From positions 930,001 to 994,000 of the forward strand of contig OX337237.1 of assembly GCA_946965045.2 (NCBI GenBank): 64,000 nt of DNA. Reading direction: 5' to 3'. Of the stretch, positions 1 through 11,266 are shown in pieces (the stretch's first letter is position 1; each line of letters opens with the position of its first letter). The stretch comes from Epithemia pelagica. Taxonomy: Eukaryota; Protista; Bacillariophyta. Made by a program: the position numbers and the translations under genes. Below the pieces are notes generated by a model. It searched no databases. It had not been told where the DNA came from and worked only from the letters and a program-made list of their open reading frames with translations.

Positions 1-800
1 CACCATCATTGTCCCTTCGACAAGTAGATTGTTCTTGTGTTTCTTGTTGATTCCCGACCCTTTCTTATTGTTGTATTTACTTGGAGCATAGTGTTTGATT
101 GCTGTGCCAACAGGTTTGCCCTTGGAGCCGTGGGCTTTCCGGACCTGTGCACCTTCGATGCTCACGATGCCCTTGATGTGGGAGGAAATGAACCGATATA
201 ATTCGGTTCTTTCCTCCAAAGTACCTGATCCATACAGGCCTTCAAGCTTGGCCATGAGATTCTCCGCCTTCACTGCCCGTGGCGTTCTCGTTGTTGCAAT
301 CTTCTTCCTCGCTCGTTGTTTCTGATTGAGCTCATCCATTTTGTATTTTCGATTTTGCTGCATGCGACGAGGCGGCTTTGCTGCTCTTGTTCGTGTTCTT
401 GCGGAACTCGCCTGTTGCTTTGTAGCGGAACGTGTCTGTCGCTTTCCCATGGCTGTTGCAGGCTGCTGCACTTTGTCGCTGTCGAAAAATTCTGACTGCT
501 GCACTTTTATGAACTTGGGCTGCTGCACTTTTTGGAGAAGGCGCAGAAACGCCAACCCCTTTGAGCTTCCGAATGAGAGTGAAAACCGCATTGACAGTCA
601 TCAGACTGTCGTTTGTACACTGTGGACCAGTCTATTTTTGGTGTCACCAATAAACTTCGCAGCACTTGAGAGGTACAAAAAAGATTCTCTCATAAAATTT
701 GCTTCTGGAAAAAGTGAAACAGAGTCTCGTGCATGACAAGCCTACAAGTATGAAGATGAAGAGTAGTTCTATGGTACGTAAATGTGTTACAATATGAATT

Positions 801-3800
801 TCAGCGTTCTGCTTCTTGTGCCTCCTTCCAGACTTGCTGGATGAACGAGTGCTCTTGATCGAGCGTGCACCGGTGAGTCTTCATACTCACATTCACATAC
901 TTCTCGATTTCGACAAACAGGATGTCATCTGTTGCACTTTGATTCCTGCTGTCAAACAACAAATAGGTAAGCATGTACCGCCTTGCTTTCGCTGAGAACC
1001 TGCGAACGGTTCTCAGCGAAACTTTCCCCATACTGTCTCTCACCACTTGCATGAACTTCGTCTTGTTGCCTTTCTTGTTTCTTGTCAAGCGTCGGAAGTA
1101 TCGCTTCCCAAGACCCCATGCGTACTCGATCCCTTCACCCGCCAGTTCGCAGTGGTATTTTGGTGTGACGAGGATTTCAAGGTTGCGAGAATATCGCTGC
1201 GAGAGATCAGCCGCCAGTTGTTCGAGGGCTGATCTCTCATTCTTGAAGTCCTCGCACGATCCCATCAGGTAAGTCAAGGAATACTTCTTGTATTCCTCCA
1301 TCTTGTCCTCACAGACCTGTCCTGAACCATCCAACCATGTCTTACTCATGTCCTTGCGGTATTCCTGGAGCTTGGTGGTGTCAATGAAACCACGCTCGCC
1401 CAGAACTTGGAAGAGACCCTTTGGTTGCCCGAGCCAGCCCTGCTCCATGACAACTCGGTCTACCTCGGTTGGTAGCTGCCTTGCTGTCGAAATTGCCTGG
1501 AGCTGGTCAAGGGATTTGGAATGGTAGGCTTGAAGTGCCCTGTCGCCATGTTGAGCTCCTTGTTGAATGTCATGGCGAATGAGCTCACCAATCAATTCTT
1601 TCTTGGACAGCTTGTGTTTCTTTGTTTGATTGGTTGGGTGGTCGAACTTCATTCGTTGTCGTTGCTCCTCAGTGAGAGGAACACCCTTATAAGCAAATGG
1701 GCCAGGGTCCGCATCCGTGTATACCATGGATTGCTTCGACCCTGGCTGAAGACGATGAGGGTGTGGATATGGACCGATGCACTCAACAATTGTCTCATGC
1801 ATTTTGGGTACCACTCCACCCCAATCCTTGTTCATGGTCTTCTCGTTGAGCCCATCCTTCTGTTTTCGTCCATGACCGCTACTGTTGTCAAAGAGAAAAG
1901 CAAAATCAAAGGATGGATAGAGGACCATCAAACAATCAACCAAGTCCTCAAATTGGAGGGCCATGTGATCGTAGTTCCACCAGCCATCATTGTTGGATCC
2001 ATAGTCAAAATACGTGCAGAACGCACTGGCATCCGTGATCTGCCGGATCCGCTTGCTGCTGCCACCAAGTACTTGACTGGCAGAGTCCTCGGCCAAGTAC
2101 GTCTGCGCTCGACGAGATTGATTGATTGCCTCAAGCTTCTCGGGGGTGAGCAGGACAACTTCGCCTGAGTTGTCTGAATAGAACCCCCATGCGCGACTCA
2201 CGAATGCACTAAGCATTAAACCGTGCCCGTCGTCTTTGGGCAAAAGAACTCCACGCCCTTTGTGGTCCCCCCAACTCTTCTTCGAGAAGGACCATTGCTT
2301 GAAAATGGCTTCATCTTGGCCAACAAGCACAACAGGACGACGCTCAGAAGGGAAACGATGCGACAAATTTCCTCCCAGCAGCTTGTTTTCATCTCTAATG
2401 TATGATGAAAACACATCAGGAAAACAATCTACATGGTATTCTCGCATTGTTTGGTTCCTCGAAGGGTCTCGAAACTCGAAAGCCCAAACATCCTTCATGA
2501 GCTTTTCGGAGACACCCTCAATCTCCCCGTTTTCTAGTTTGATTGCTTGGTCGGATGGAATCTGAATCCATCGATGCGCAAGCTTTTCCAACTCGAAGTA
2601 TTTCGAGATGAACTGCTTCCGGGCTTGAACATTGTCGGCGTCCTCGTGACGGTCCGTGTAGTATGTCTTCTTTGTTTCAGAGAATCGAAACCCAGCATAG
2701 GTGAGAATCTTCCATGCCGCACCGACTGAAACACTGGGGAGATTCACTTTTTGACGGAACTCGTCCAACGTGAGCGGCTCTGTGGATGGCTCCCCATCTT
2801 CGGTGTCCGTCTGTTGCTCTTTTTTATATATCAATGGGATCAAACTGTCTCGAATGTACATGGCTGCCATCTCGCAGGAGAGGGTCTCCAGATGTTGGCT
2901 CGCCCACTTCTGCAGCAATGGGAGTGCTTCTGGATATTGAGCCAGAAAGCATGGGCACGGCTTCTTCCCAATCTGGATGTACCAGTTTGGATGCGGGAAC
3001 TTGCCGCTGACCCGGAATGCAACGTTGGCTCTTTGCACAGTCCGCCAATTCTGCAGACCGCTTTTTGTGATTCTACTCCGTTCGGTTGCATATTTGCAAC
3101 ACGAAGTCCACGTGGCACCATCCTCCATGGTGTGCAGGGCTCGCTCATACGCAAGCCTCAGCACCCGCATCCTCATAAGCATCTTTGGGACACAAGAGTT
3201 TGGCGGTGGCTCATCTTGGCCCTTGTTGACAAGAGTCAAAAAACAATCAAACCGTTGTTCCGCCATTTCAAGTGACTCAATCCACCGTTCCAGCTTCTTT
3301 CTCGTTGTCTCCCCATTCACTCTCGGACCAAAGATTTTGCTCACAACGGGCCGGTCGAAGAAATCTACGGCAGAAGAGTCACTGGAGGCATTGGAATGCT
3401 CGTTGTTGTTGTTGTTTCCATTGTCGTTTCCTGTGCCTGTGGTTGTTGTTGTTGTGGTGGTTTCCAGTGCCTCTTCCAAAATCTGCTCTGGGCTTGGTGG
3501 TGATGACGCTGCCGTTGTGGCAGTTTCATCATCCTTGATTGGTGTTTTGTTCCTCCCTCCAATTCGAATCCGATTGTGGCTTATGAATTTAAGCCACTCG
3601 TCAATAGTGTGGTTGAATTGAGGTGGTGGATCGGTCTGACGAGCCGAAACATAGTAGAATATTTGTTTCCCACCTCGACGTCGCACCTCGTGGCGGTAGA
3701 TACCCTTGGGATTCCACTCTTGCGATAGGAAATGGAGTCGCCATTCACTACCTGAGCGCATTAAAGATCGATTCATCATTGTTGCGTCGGATAATTCCGG

Positions 3801-3986
3801 AATCCACTGCTTCAAGAAGACGGCAATCTCAGCGTCAATAATCCACCGGTTTGTCCAGAGGAAGCGTATTGGATGGCATCTGAAGCCAAATTCGTCGCAT
3901 ATGGTTGTGTATGGCCCTGTATATGATTGAACCATTTTGTCTGTTCGGGCACAGGCAGAGAGATGGAGGATGAGGGGACTGCCCAC
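801..3986 (-). CDS. Large DDE transposase (IS630/Tc1/mariner-related, long insertion in catalytic domain)
   Basis: Intact 1061-aa ORF with motifs TYYTDRHE, VGQDEAIF, LPKDDGHGLMLSAF, FLFDNSSGH, KGLFQVLGERG and TPKYHCELAGEGIEYAWG. These are typical of eukaryotic ITm-like transposases with PKxHCELxxIExxW. No terminal repeats identified. Confidence 0.75.
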   Translation of the reverse strand: MGSPLILHLSACARTDKMVQSYTGPYTTICDEFGFRCHPIRFLWTNRWIIDAEIAVFLKQWIPELSDATMMNRSLMRSGSEWRLHFLSQEWNPKGIYRHEVRRRGGKQIFYYVSARQTDPPPQFNHTIDEWLKFISHNRIRIGGRNKTPIKDDETATTAASSPPSPEQILEEALETTTTTTTTGTGNDNGNNNNNEHSNASSDSSAVDFFDRPVVSKIFGPRVNGETTRKKLERWIESLEMAEQRFDCFLTLVNKGQDEPPPNSCVPKMLMRMRVLRLAYERALHTMEDGATWTSCCKYATERSRITKSGLQNWRTVQRANVAFRVSGKFPHPNWYIQIGKKPCPCFLAQYPEALPLLQKWASQHLETLSCEMAAMYIRDSLIPLIYKKEQQTDTEDGEPSTEPLTLDEFRQKVNLPSVSVGAAWKILTYAGFRFSETKKTYYTDRHEDADNVQARKQFISKYFELEKLAHRWIQIPSDQAIKLENGEIEGVSEKLMKDVWAFEFRDPSRNQTMREYHVDCFPDVFSSYIRDENKLLGGNLSHRFPSERRPVVLVGQDEAIFKQWSFSKKSWGDHKGRGVLLPKDDGHGLMLSAFVSRAWGFYSDNSGEVVLLTPEKLEAINQSRRAQTYLAEDSASQVLGGSSKRIRQITDASAFCTYFDYGSNNDGWWNYDHMALQFEDLVDCLMVLYPSFDFAFLFDNSSGHGRKQKDGLNEKTMNKDWGGVVPKMHETIVECIGPYPHPHRLQPGSKQSMVYTDADPGPFAYKGVPLTEEQRQRMKFDHPTNQTKKHKLSKKELIGELIRHDIQQGAQHGDRALQAYHSKSLDQLQAISTARQLPTEVDRVVMEQGWLGQPKGLFQVLGERGFIDTTKLQEYRKDMSKTWLDGSGQVCEDKMEEYKKYSLTYLMGSCEDFKNERSALEQLAADLSQRYSRNLEILVTPKYHCELAGEGIEYAWGLGKRYFRRLTRNKKGNKTKFMQVVRDSMGKVSLRTVRRFSAKARRYMLTYLLFDSRNQSATDDILFVEIEKYVNVSMKTHRCTLDQEHSFIQQVWKEAQEAER

Positions 3987-4366
3987 AATGTTCGACAGTA
4001 GCTACTTTCACTGCTCCTGGAGACTGAACCACAGGTCGAAATGCGCGACACCCCTATGATTTTCTACTACTTTTATATCTATCCTATCGATTAGGTTGGG
4101 TGGTGTTTCGCATTTCGACCGGCGAATGGCCATCGTCGCATGAAGCGGTCACTAGTCGTTATTGCATTTTGCATTTTTCAATATGTGCGTGACAAAATGT
4201 GAGGAACACGAAAACCGTAAGTGATCCGAAACGCTGGGGTACTGTGGGCTAAAGTGTAGTATACAATTTCCCACTATGAAAAACTCATGCACTCCGCAAC
4301 GTGAACCAGCTTGTAGTCGCATTTATACCTTTCCCCTTCTGCTTTTCTGTGCACTCGACCTCGACC

Positions 4367-5674
4367 ATGGTGTCGTTTGTCACTGGAACGCCGTCGGGCG
4401 GAATGTCTTCCAGCCCTGCTGCTACTGCCGCTATATTGGATTCGATGCACAATGATTACATTTTCCAAATAGTCTTTGATTCGTACGGCCGTCGCATGGC
4501 TACTTGTTCGGCCGATCGGTTGGTTCAAGTCTGGGAGTTGCAAGATTCGGGCGAATGGAGTTTGGTGGCCCAATGGCAAGCCCATCGAGGAGCGGTAACA
4601 GGCTTGGCCTTTTGTCATCCAGAATTTGGACATGTTCTGGCCACGTGTGGGAGTGATCATCATGTCATGGTGTGGGAAGAAAAAACAAATCTGACCACAT
4701 CCTCCACCCACCCAACAACAACGCCCTCCTGCAAGGTGGTACCCACCACTCCCCTGACAGCGACAACGACGACAACGACTGCCACCAAAAGCAACGGCAA
4801 CACTGCCACGAATTTTCCGTCGCGGTGGATGAATCGAGCGTCCTTGACAGATGCTCGTCGTGCCACGACCTGTTTGGAATTTGCCCCCAATCATTTTGGA
4901 TTGCGCTTGGCGGTCGGATCGGCCGATGGATGTGTTCGTATTTACGAAGCGGTGGATACCATGAATTTGGCGCAATGGTCGTTGGAGGCCACCTTGCCTC
5001 TTGTTTCCACCAGTACTACTACGACGACGACTCTTTCCAATGCAAACAACAACAACAATAACAACACCCCGGGCCATGCTACAACAACAACAGCTCCTCA
5101 CGTGTCGTCCTTGTCCTGGTGTACGGGACGATTCGAACCGTTGACCTTGGTGGTGGGTGGTAGCCAATTGCGAATTTTTCGATACATGGAAGGGACCACA
5201 CATGCGTGGCAATCCATTCTCCAATTGGACACGACTACCTGTTCTACAATGGCCACCTCCATTCCCTCCATTGTCAAGGTGGCCTGGGCTCCCAATGTGG
5301 GACGACGCTATCATTACGTTGCGGCGACCAATACCAAGGAAGAATTGATGGTGTTCAAATTGACGCGGGGAGATTTACTGCCCAACAAAAACAAGAAGAA
5401 CAAGAACACTACAACGCCAAAGGAGAATACTACGTCCACACCATCCGCACCCTTGACCTTGGAATGGATGCAAGGATTGGAGGATCCTTCCAGCAAACAC
5501 CACAACAAGGCATGGAATTGTCAATGGAATGTCACGGGGACGGTCTTGGCTTCGTCGGGAGAAGATGGAGTCGTTCAATTGTGGAAATTGCAAGATACGA
5601 CACGCGACCAATTTGTCCCCGTGGCCAAGGTGCCGGAACCATCCAGCACGACCACAGCCATGGAAACGAGCTAA
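4367..5674 (+). CDS. SEH1: WD40 nucleoporin Seh1
   Basis: DYIFQIVFDSYGRRMATCSAD, AHRGAVTGLAFCHPEFGHVLATCGSD, FAPNHFGLRLAVGSADG, WAPNVGRRYHYVA and WNVTGTVLASSGEDG match Seh1. First ATG at 4367; the ORF track starts at a GTG at 4301. Confidence 0.9.
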   Translation: MVSFVTGTPSGGMSSSPAATAAILDSMHNDYIFQIVFDSYGRRMATCSADRLVQVWELQDSGEWSLVAQWQAHRGAVTGLAFCHPEFGHVLATCGSDHHVMVWEEKTNLTTSSTHPTTTPSCKVVPTTPLTATTTTTTATKSNGNTATNFPSRWMNRASLTDARRATTCLEFAPNHFGLRLAVGSADGCVRIYEAVDTMNLAQWSLEATLPLVSTSTTTTTTLSNANNNNNNNTPGHATTTTAPHVSSLSWCTGRFEPLTLVVGGSQLRIFRYMEGTTHAWQSILQLDTTTCSTMATSIPSIVKVAWAPNVGRRYHYVAATNTKEELMVFKLTRGDLLPNKNKKNKNTTTPKENTTSTPSAPLTLEWMQGLEDPSSKHHNKAWNCQWNVTGTVLASSGEDGVVQLWKLQDTTRDQFVPVAKVPEPSSTTTAMETS

Positions 5675-5838
5675 TCACATGGTATATATATGTAGAGGGA
5701 TTGTTGCAAGTATATCTGAATCTAAACATCGTCCATTCGTGCTTCGCATGGGACTCGCCAATTCTCTTGCTCCATGGTTTAGAACGTAGCAAGTATGACT
5801 TGCACTATCCTCTAAAACGATACGTTTGGCTGCCTGTG

Positions 5839-7125
5839 CTACAATCGTGCCTTGTTGTGTAATGGGACGTCCCCCACGGATGGTTCCAGAACCGCCACTC
5901 CACGCGACAGACAAATTTCGTTGGAGGCCACATGAACCACATCAAACCCAATCACCGCCCTAATGGGTCGTTTGATATTCGGGTCGTGTGGTTGCTGCAA
6001 CGTCATTGTCGATGTGGTTGTGGCAGGGTGGTGCAACGATTCGGGGGTCCACCACAATCGTGCCTGGAGTGCATCTCCCACAAAGACGGGTTTGCGAAAG
6101 GAAGCTTCCATGTAGCAAAATTCAAAATTCTCTCCCAAAACGTTGTCCAAACCCTGTTCCAGAATGCGCAGCGTCATGGCCAAGGTGGCCAATCCGTGTA
6201 AAATTGGTTTGCGGTTCGTGTTGGCCTCCTTTTTACTGTCGTCGTCGTCGTCGTGACCACCCACAAAGGCTGGAAGCAGCGAGGCATCGACATGAATGCC
6301 ATTGGAATCTCCACTGGCCAATCGATACAACAAGGCTTGATTGGTGGCCACGGAAAATTCTTGTTGGTAACAGGGAGGTCCTTTGGGCGTGCCAAAATAT
6401 CGTTGCCAGAGGGAGCCTCCACTGGTGGTGTTGTTGTTGTTGGTGGTGCTGTTTGGTTTCATGGGGACTACGACATTTGGATCCAGACCCAAGATGAGCG
6501 CCGTGGATTGGAGCGTGTAGAGGGGTGTCCGAGACGGAGTGACAATTTGTGTTTCCGTCGTGACAAAGGTCCCCACCGATTTGGGTTGCACGGCACAAAA
6601 TCGTCCCTCCAATCGACACCACGACGACATATCTGTGCCGCTCGACTTGGAAACCAGTTGGTTGGTCAAGGACGACGAAGGAGCATGCCAGGCAATGGAT
6701 TGCCACATGTGAAGGACGGGGTAGTCATCGAGAACCAGGTCGTTGTTTTTCTGATTGGACAGGCAATGTCGAGGAATCAACCCCATTTGCTTCATCATGG
6801 GTGGAGGAAAGTCTGGGAGAGACGAGATGGGATTTGACAACGTCGTTGTCTTTGTAGGACAATCGTTCGGTATAGCCCAAAAGGACAAGCATACGGCCAA
6901 GCTGGGAACCACGGTAAACTGGGGATGCTGTTCCCAGACATGACGCAACTCACGATCGTACCAGGTTCCCCACGTGGAACCATACCCCACCGATACGGCA
7001 AACAAACACGCGTCTCGGCATGTCACGGTGCAGGTCGCTTCATACACCCGCTTCTCCTCCTCCTCGTCTTCTTCGTCGGCGGCCTGGAATAATGTCGTCA
7101 TCGTCATCGTACATTTTTGCGACAA
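5839..7125 (-). CDS. MaoC/hot-dog fold enoyl-CoA hydratase 2-like protein, probably peroxisomal
   Basis: Hydratase-2 motif LYRLASGDSNGIHVD, plus PILHGLAT and FRKPVFVGD. C-terminal ARL fits a PTS1. Confidence 0.8.
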   Translation of the reverse strand: MSQKCTMTMTTLFQAADEEDEEEEKRVYEATCTVTCRDACLFAVSVGYGSTWGTWYDRELRHVWEQHPQFTVVPSLAVCLSFWAIPNDCPTKTTTLSNPISSLPDFPPPMMKQMGLIPRHCLSNQKNNDLVLDDYPVLHMWQSIAWHAPSSSLTNQLVSKSSGTDMSSWCRLEGRFCAVQPKSVGTFVTTETQIVTPSRTPLYTLQSTALILGLDPNVVVPMKPNSTTNNNNTTSGGSLWQRYFGTPKGPPCYQQEFSVATNQALLYRLASGDSNGIHVDASLLPAFVGGHDDDDDSKKEANTNRKPILHGLATLAMTLRILEQGLDNVLGENFEFCYMEASFRKPVFVGDALQARLWWTPESLHHPATTTSTMTLQQPHDPNIKRPIRAVIGFDVVHVASNEICLSRGVAVLEPSVGDVPLHNKARL

Positions 7126-7424
7126 AGAGTGATGGGCACAACTCCGCGACCGAAAAGATCCCTAAGAGCGACCTCGAATTTCGGGTCGCGCTTGGGGAGT
7201 CCGGGGCGACCGTTGAGTCGTTTGGGGACGCCTGGCGAGTCATCTAAGCAATCATGTTGACGGTCTCGTCACCACACAGACCGACCGAACGACCGAGACC
7301 CACGGCAATGAATGTGAATTGTGAAGGAACCATAATTCATAATCTATCTTCTCTTCTATCTCCTTGTGTGGACTGAGTTTTGAGGCTTTACCACAACCGA
7401 GGCCACTGCTTGTTGAGCTCAACC

Positions 7425-8656
7425 ATGGCGTCGTCCTCCGAACATTCTGACCTGAAACAGGAAGGCACACCCATCAGTAGTGGTGGTGAGTTTCCAACAA
7501 CGGATCCACAGGCCGTGGATGAAATTCCCCATGTCGTCCACCACGAACCACAACGAACCTTTCGACGTGCCTCGCAATTCTTGTCCGGCCATGCCCCCAC
7601 AACGAATAATGAAGGAGCAACTCCGGAAGAAAAATGGTCCTTCAATGCCTTTGAAATCATGTTTCATTGGTTCTCCTTGCCCTATTCCATTTTGGGTCAT
7701 ATTCTCAGTGTGGACTTGACGGGCCAGTATCGGGAACACTTTGTGTGGGCCTGCGACGATGGCGACAAGTTGGTCCGCACCGTCACGTCGCGCTTCCAGA
7801 GTTCCTCCGTCTTTTTATCGTTATTGGTCAGTACGACCCTGGGAGTCTTTTTCAATTCGGCCGCACCCGTGCAACAAGTGCGGGTGGCCCTCTCGGAGGA
7901 AGACTATGACAGTGTGAAATTTGCCACGGGCGTTGTCATGTGCATTTCCACATTGTGTTCGTTGGGAGCTCTTATTGCCAACTTTACCGCCTGGTCCATT
8001 TTTGTCGTTCTGAGTAAAGAAAATGCCGCCATTATTCTACGCTCATCCTTGGGACTCTACGCTGAACAATTGCCCAATCGACTGGTCGTCCTTGCGATTT
8101 ATCTGTTTTTGGTTTGGGTGGGTAAGTCTGTCCCTGTCACATGTTTCTATGGTGGACATTTGATTTCGTGTTGCATATCTTACCTTCTTGTCGCTGTTAT
8201 TTGGCATTGTCGTCGTTTTGGTCGCATTGGTGTCCAACCACAGTCATGTTTTGGTACATTTTGGTGCCCAATCTCGGTGCCGCACTCTTGACGGCAGCCG
8301 GAATTGTCGTGGTGGGTCACATTGCCTCGACCTTTTCCGCGATTGGACAAATTATCATGGCCACCAGTGCCATGTCTTCGCAACGGATATTGACCGTCCA
8401 AGAAGAGGAACAATTGTCTCCCCAAGAACTCTACCATGTCTTGTACGTGTCATGAATGGAATGTGTACTGAACATACACTCCAAGCTCTCACGTTTGTGT
8501 TTTTGTATCATGGACAGGCTGCACAAGACGGTCTTGGCCAAAAAGGCCAAGATTCCAGTGAGTCAACAATACCGAATGAACTACCAGGACTTTATACGAG
8601 ACTTTGAATCCAACGAGCTGAATCGAACGTCTCCTCCACCGTCGGAGAATCAATGA
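7425..8656 (+). CDS. Multi-pass membrane protein of unknown function, 3 exons
   Basis: Several hydrophobic segments. Intron 8122-8243 (GTAAGT...CAG) joins the 7380 and 8141 ORFs in frame. A second intron (GTACGT near 8443 to CAG near 8517) leads into the 8456-8656 ORF. Confidence 0.65.
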
Positions 8657-9731
8657 CAAAGAAAAACAAAACATGAAGACGGACATTCCAGAGAAAGGAA
8701 CAGGAGAGGTTGGTTGACGACATGTTCGAGGTCCCTGATTTCGCCCTGGTATATACCTGCACAAGAGGCAATGACAAGTCTCCTGCAGAGCTTTTCTGTA
8801 GATTGGTGGATGCGGCGGTGCAGTGTCTTGGCAAAGAAGTCGATCTCCTTCTAGCTTGGACGTTTGAAGAAGCTACGGCAAACAGGGATGTCAGTCTCGT
8901 CATGTCAAACTATTCGCTGAAGCAGTATATCCCTCGATGATTTGAAAAATCACACCACTCAACAACCTCCAGAGAGACGGGATATTCGTTAAGGCCTGTC
9001 CTAGGAAAAGCAACTCAGAGTATGAAGAAAATAAAAGCTGGACAGGCCGAAAAGAATCTCTATCTGTTGTGCTCATGAGTCGTCCTGAGAGATGGTGGTT
9101 CGAGCGCAGGCTGTGCTTGAACAATAGTAGCAGCGACAACGAGGATCAAACCAGAACGACATCCATTCAAACCTGCCGGTGTGATGGATTTGCAGCCATC
9201 GTCGGATAAGGTTCGACCGAGCAAACGATTGGCCATGTTTCTTGTTCTTGTTGTCACTGTCAAAACAGCGATGGACCACCTTTGTCTGTGGCTGGTAGTA
9301 CGGAGGAGGAACTCGGAATTCCTGCGTAGAACTGGGCAGTGCCACGCACTAGCACGTCACGCTTTGCTAGGGTTCAGCACCTCTTCTTCTCTCGCGAAGT
9401 TGCTCTCTCAACTGGTCTGCATGTTGCGCACGACATCGAATCCATTCTATGAGATGGTATACAGAGAGATGATGCCATCCACTAGAAAGAGTGTGTACAG
9501 CGTCCTTTCCTTTGCAAATCGACCAAAACATCATGTGTGCTCGATCAAGAATGAGCATACAATTGAGTCGTGGGAACAACAAAATGGAATGCGGGCTTCA
9601 CCGGAAAACTACATGTCATTCATTGTGTGCTTGGTTTCGCTGAACAAATGTTGCCTTAGGAGAGGTCACAAAAAACCTCGTATTGTTCAAATCCTTTTGA
9701 CCTGGACAAAGAAAATACACTTGTCCATAAT

Positions 9732-10889
9732 ATGAAGATCCACGAGCAAGCGTTCTCATCTGGATTGATCTTTTCCAATGACAAGGACAAAATAGAACCG
9801 CATTGGAGGCCACCCACTTGGCCTCCACGTTTGGGATCGTTTCGGCATGACCACGCATCGGTCGTTGTGCGTCACCCGGACACGAAACACGACGAGATGG
9901 TGGTCTTGTTGGGAGGATGGACAGAATCGACAGAAGCTCTCTGCGCAACCAATTCGGTTATTTTTCTCAACATTGAGACTAACAGGTGGCAAGAGGGACG
10001 TCCCATGAAAGAAGAACGACAACGTCTTGCTTCTGTGGTATGCAATCGTGCTATTTATGCTATTGGCGGAGAAAACAGATCAATCGCCAACTCATTTCTG
10101 TTGGATACTATTGAATTCATACATGTCGATGATATGCTTAATTCTTCGTCCTCAACCAGCAACAGCACCACTGGATGGACGACTTTGAATTGTCGCTTGT
10201 CTACGCAACGAGAGAAATGCGCCGCTGCTGTAGTATATGAGAGATTCATTGTGGTGGTGGGGGGATCCAATGGATACGAAGATTTAGCATCGGTTGACAT
10301 CATCGACACAGTATCCGGAAATCCTCAGCCGGTTATGTCTGGACCATCGTTGAGAAAAGCTCGACAATGTTTGGGAATGGCTACCATTGGTAATCGCTTG
10401 TATGTGGTTGGTGGGAGGCGGGAACATGGTAGGAAGCATACTAGACGGGACGATGGTTATTTGAGTTCAGTCGAATTCCTGGAGTTTGATGACTTACTTG
10501 ACAATACAGCGAAGAGCGCAACATCTTGCTTCCCATTATCCAGATCCAAATCATGGACGAGGCAAAAGAATCTCATCCTGAACATGCCTCGAAGGGCTCA
10601 TTCAGTTGTCCCAGTGGGTTCGTGTCTTATTGTTGCAGGAGGATACACAGTCGGCTCTAAAAGTCCACGTTCTGTGGAAGTTCTAGATACTATAGGAAAC
10701 ACGGTTTGGGAGCTTCCCAAATTGAGTGTGCGGAATCTTGGAGAAACCATGGTTTCGTTGTCCAATGCTATCGCTGTCATTGATGGTCTTGGTTGTAATT
10801 CGTATAAAACATTGTCGCTTGTGGACAAGAACAGTTGGCTATTTTCTCGTTTGTTGGGTTCCATTCCGACGAGAATCAACGACTCGTAA
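9732..10889 (+). CDS. Kelch-repeat protein
   Basis: Repeated Kelch signatures: VVLLGG...W..GRPMKEER, IYAIGG, IVVVGG, LYVVGG, LIVAGG. Confidence 0.85.
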   Translation: MKIHEQAFSSGLIFSNDKDKIEPHWRPPTWPPRLGSFRHDHASVVVRHPDTKHDEMVVLLGGWTESTEALCATNSVIFLNIETNRWQEGRPMKEERQRLASVVCNRAIYAIGGENRSIANSFLLDTIEFIHVDDMLNSSSSTSNSTTGWTTLNCRLSTQREKCAAAVVYERFIVVVGGSNGYEDLASVDIIDTVSGNPQPVMSGPSLRKARQCLGMATIGNRLYVVGGRREHGRKHTRRDDGYLSSVEFLEFDDLLDNTAKSATSCFPLSRSKSWTRQKNLILNMPRRAHSVVPVGSCLIVAGGYTVGSKSPRSVEVLDTIGNTVWELPKLSVRNLGETMVSLSNAIAVIDGLGCNSYKTLSLVDKNSWLFSRLLGSIPTRINDS

Positions 10890-11266
10890 GGAAACTCCTC
10901 GCAGTACCTAACACTTTTTACTTTAATAATAGACTTTCCAGTATTGGATACTCTAGTTTGTTCTATCTCTCTCTCGCTCTTGTTGAATTTCTTACTGCTT
11001 ATCTTTGCCGATGCACTATCAAGTATCAGTTGGTTCCAAGCTGCAAACAGTTCTTTTGAGAGGGGAATACCCCATCGATGGATTGCATGGGTTGTATTTC
11101 ACTATCCGTTCGCATGACCAAATCACTGTTGATTTTTGCACAGAAACACACAATATCGAGCGAGCAAGGTGTCGCCATGACTGTTTTCCTCAAGCCTTGC
11201 CAATGTAGGGATATGTGAACTCGTTTATGCATGGACACACACCTACCGGCACGTACAGACACACAA

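Noticed and set aside
1-800. Possible second transposon ORF or left terminus
   Set aside because: Only short, stop-interrupted frames; no inverted repeat matching the 4000-4270 region found.
8700-9700. Short ORFs between the membrane-protein and Kelch genes
   Set aside because: No recognisable motifs or consistent frame.
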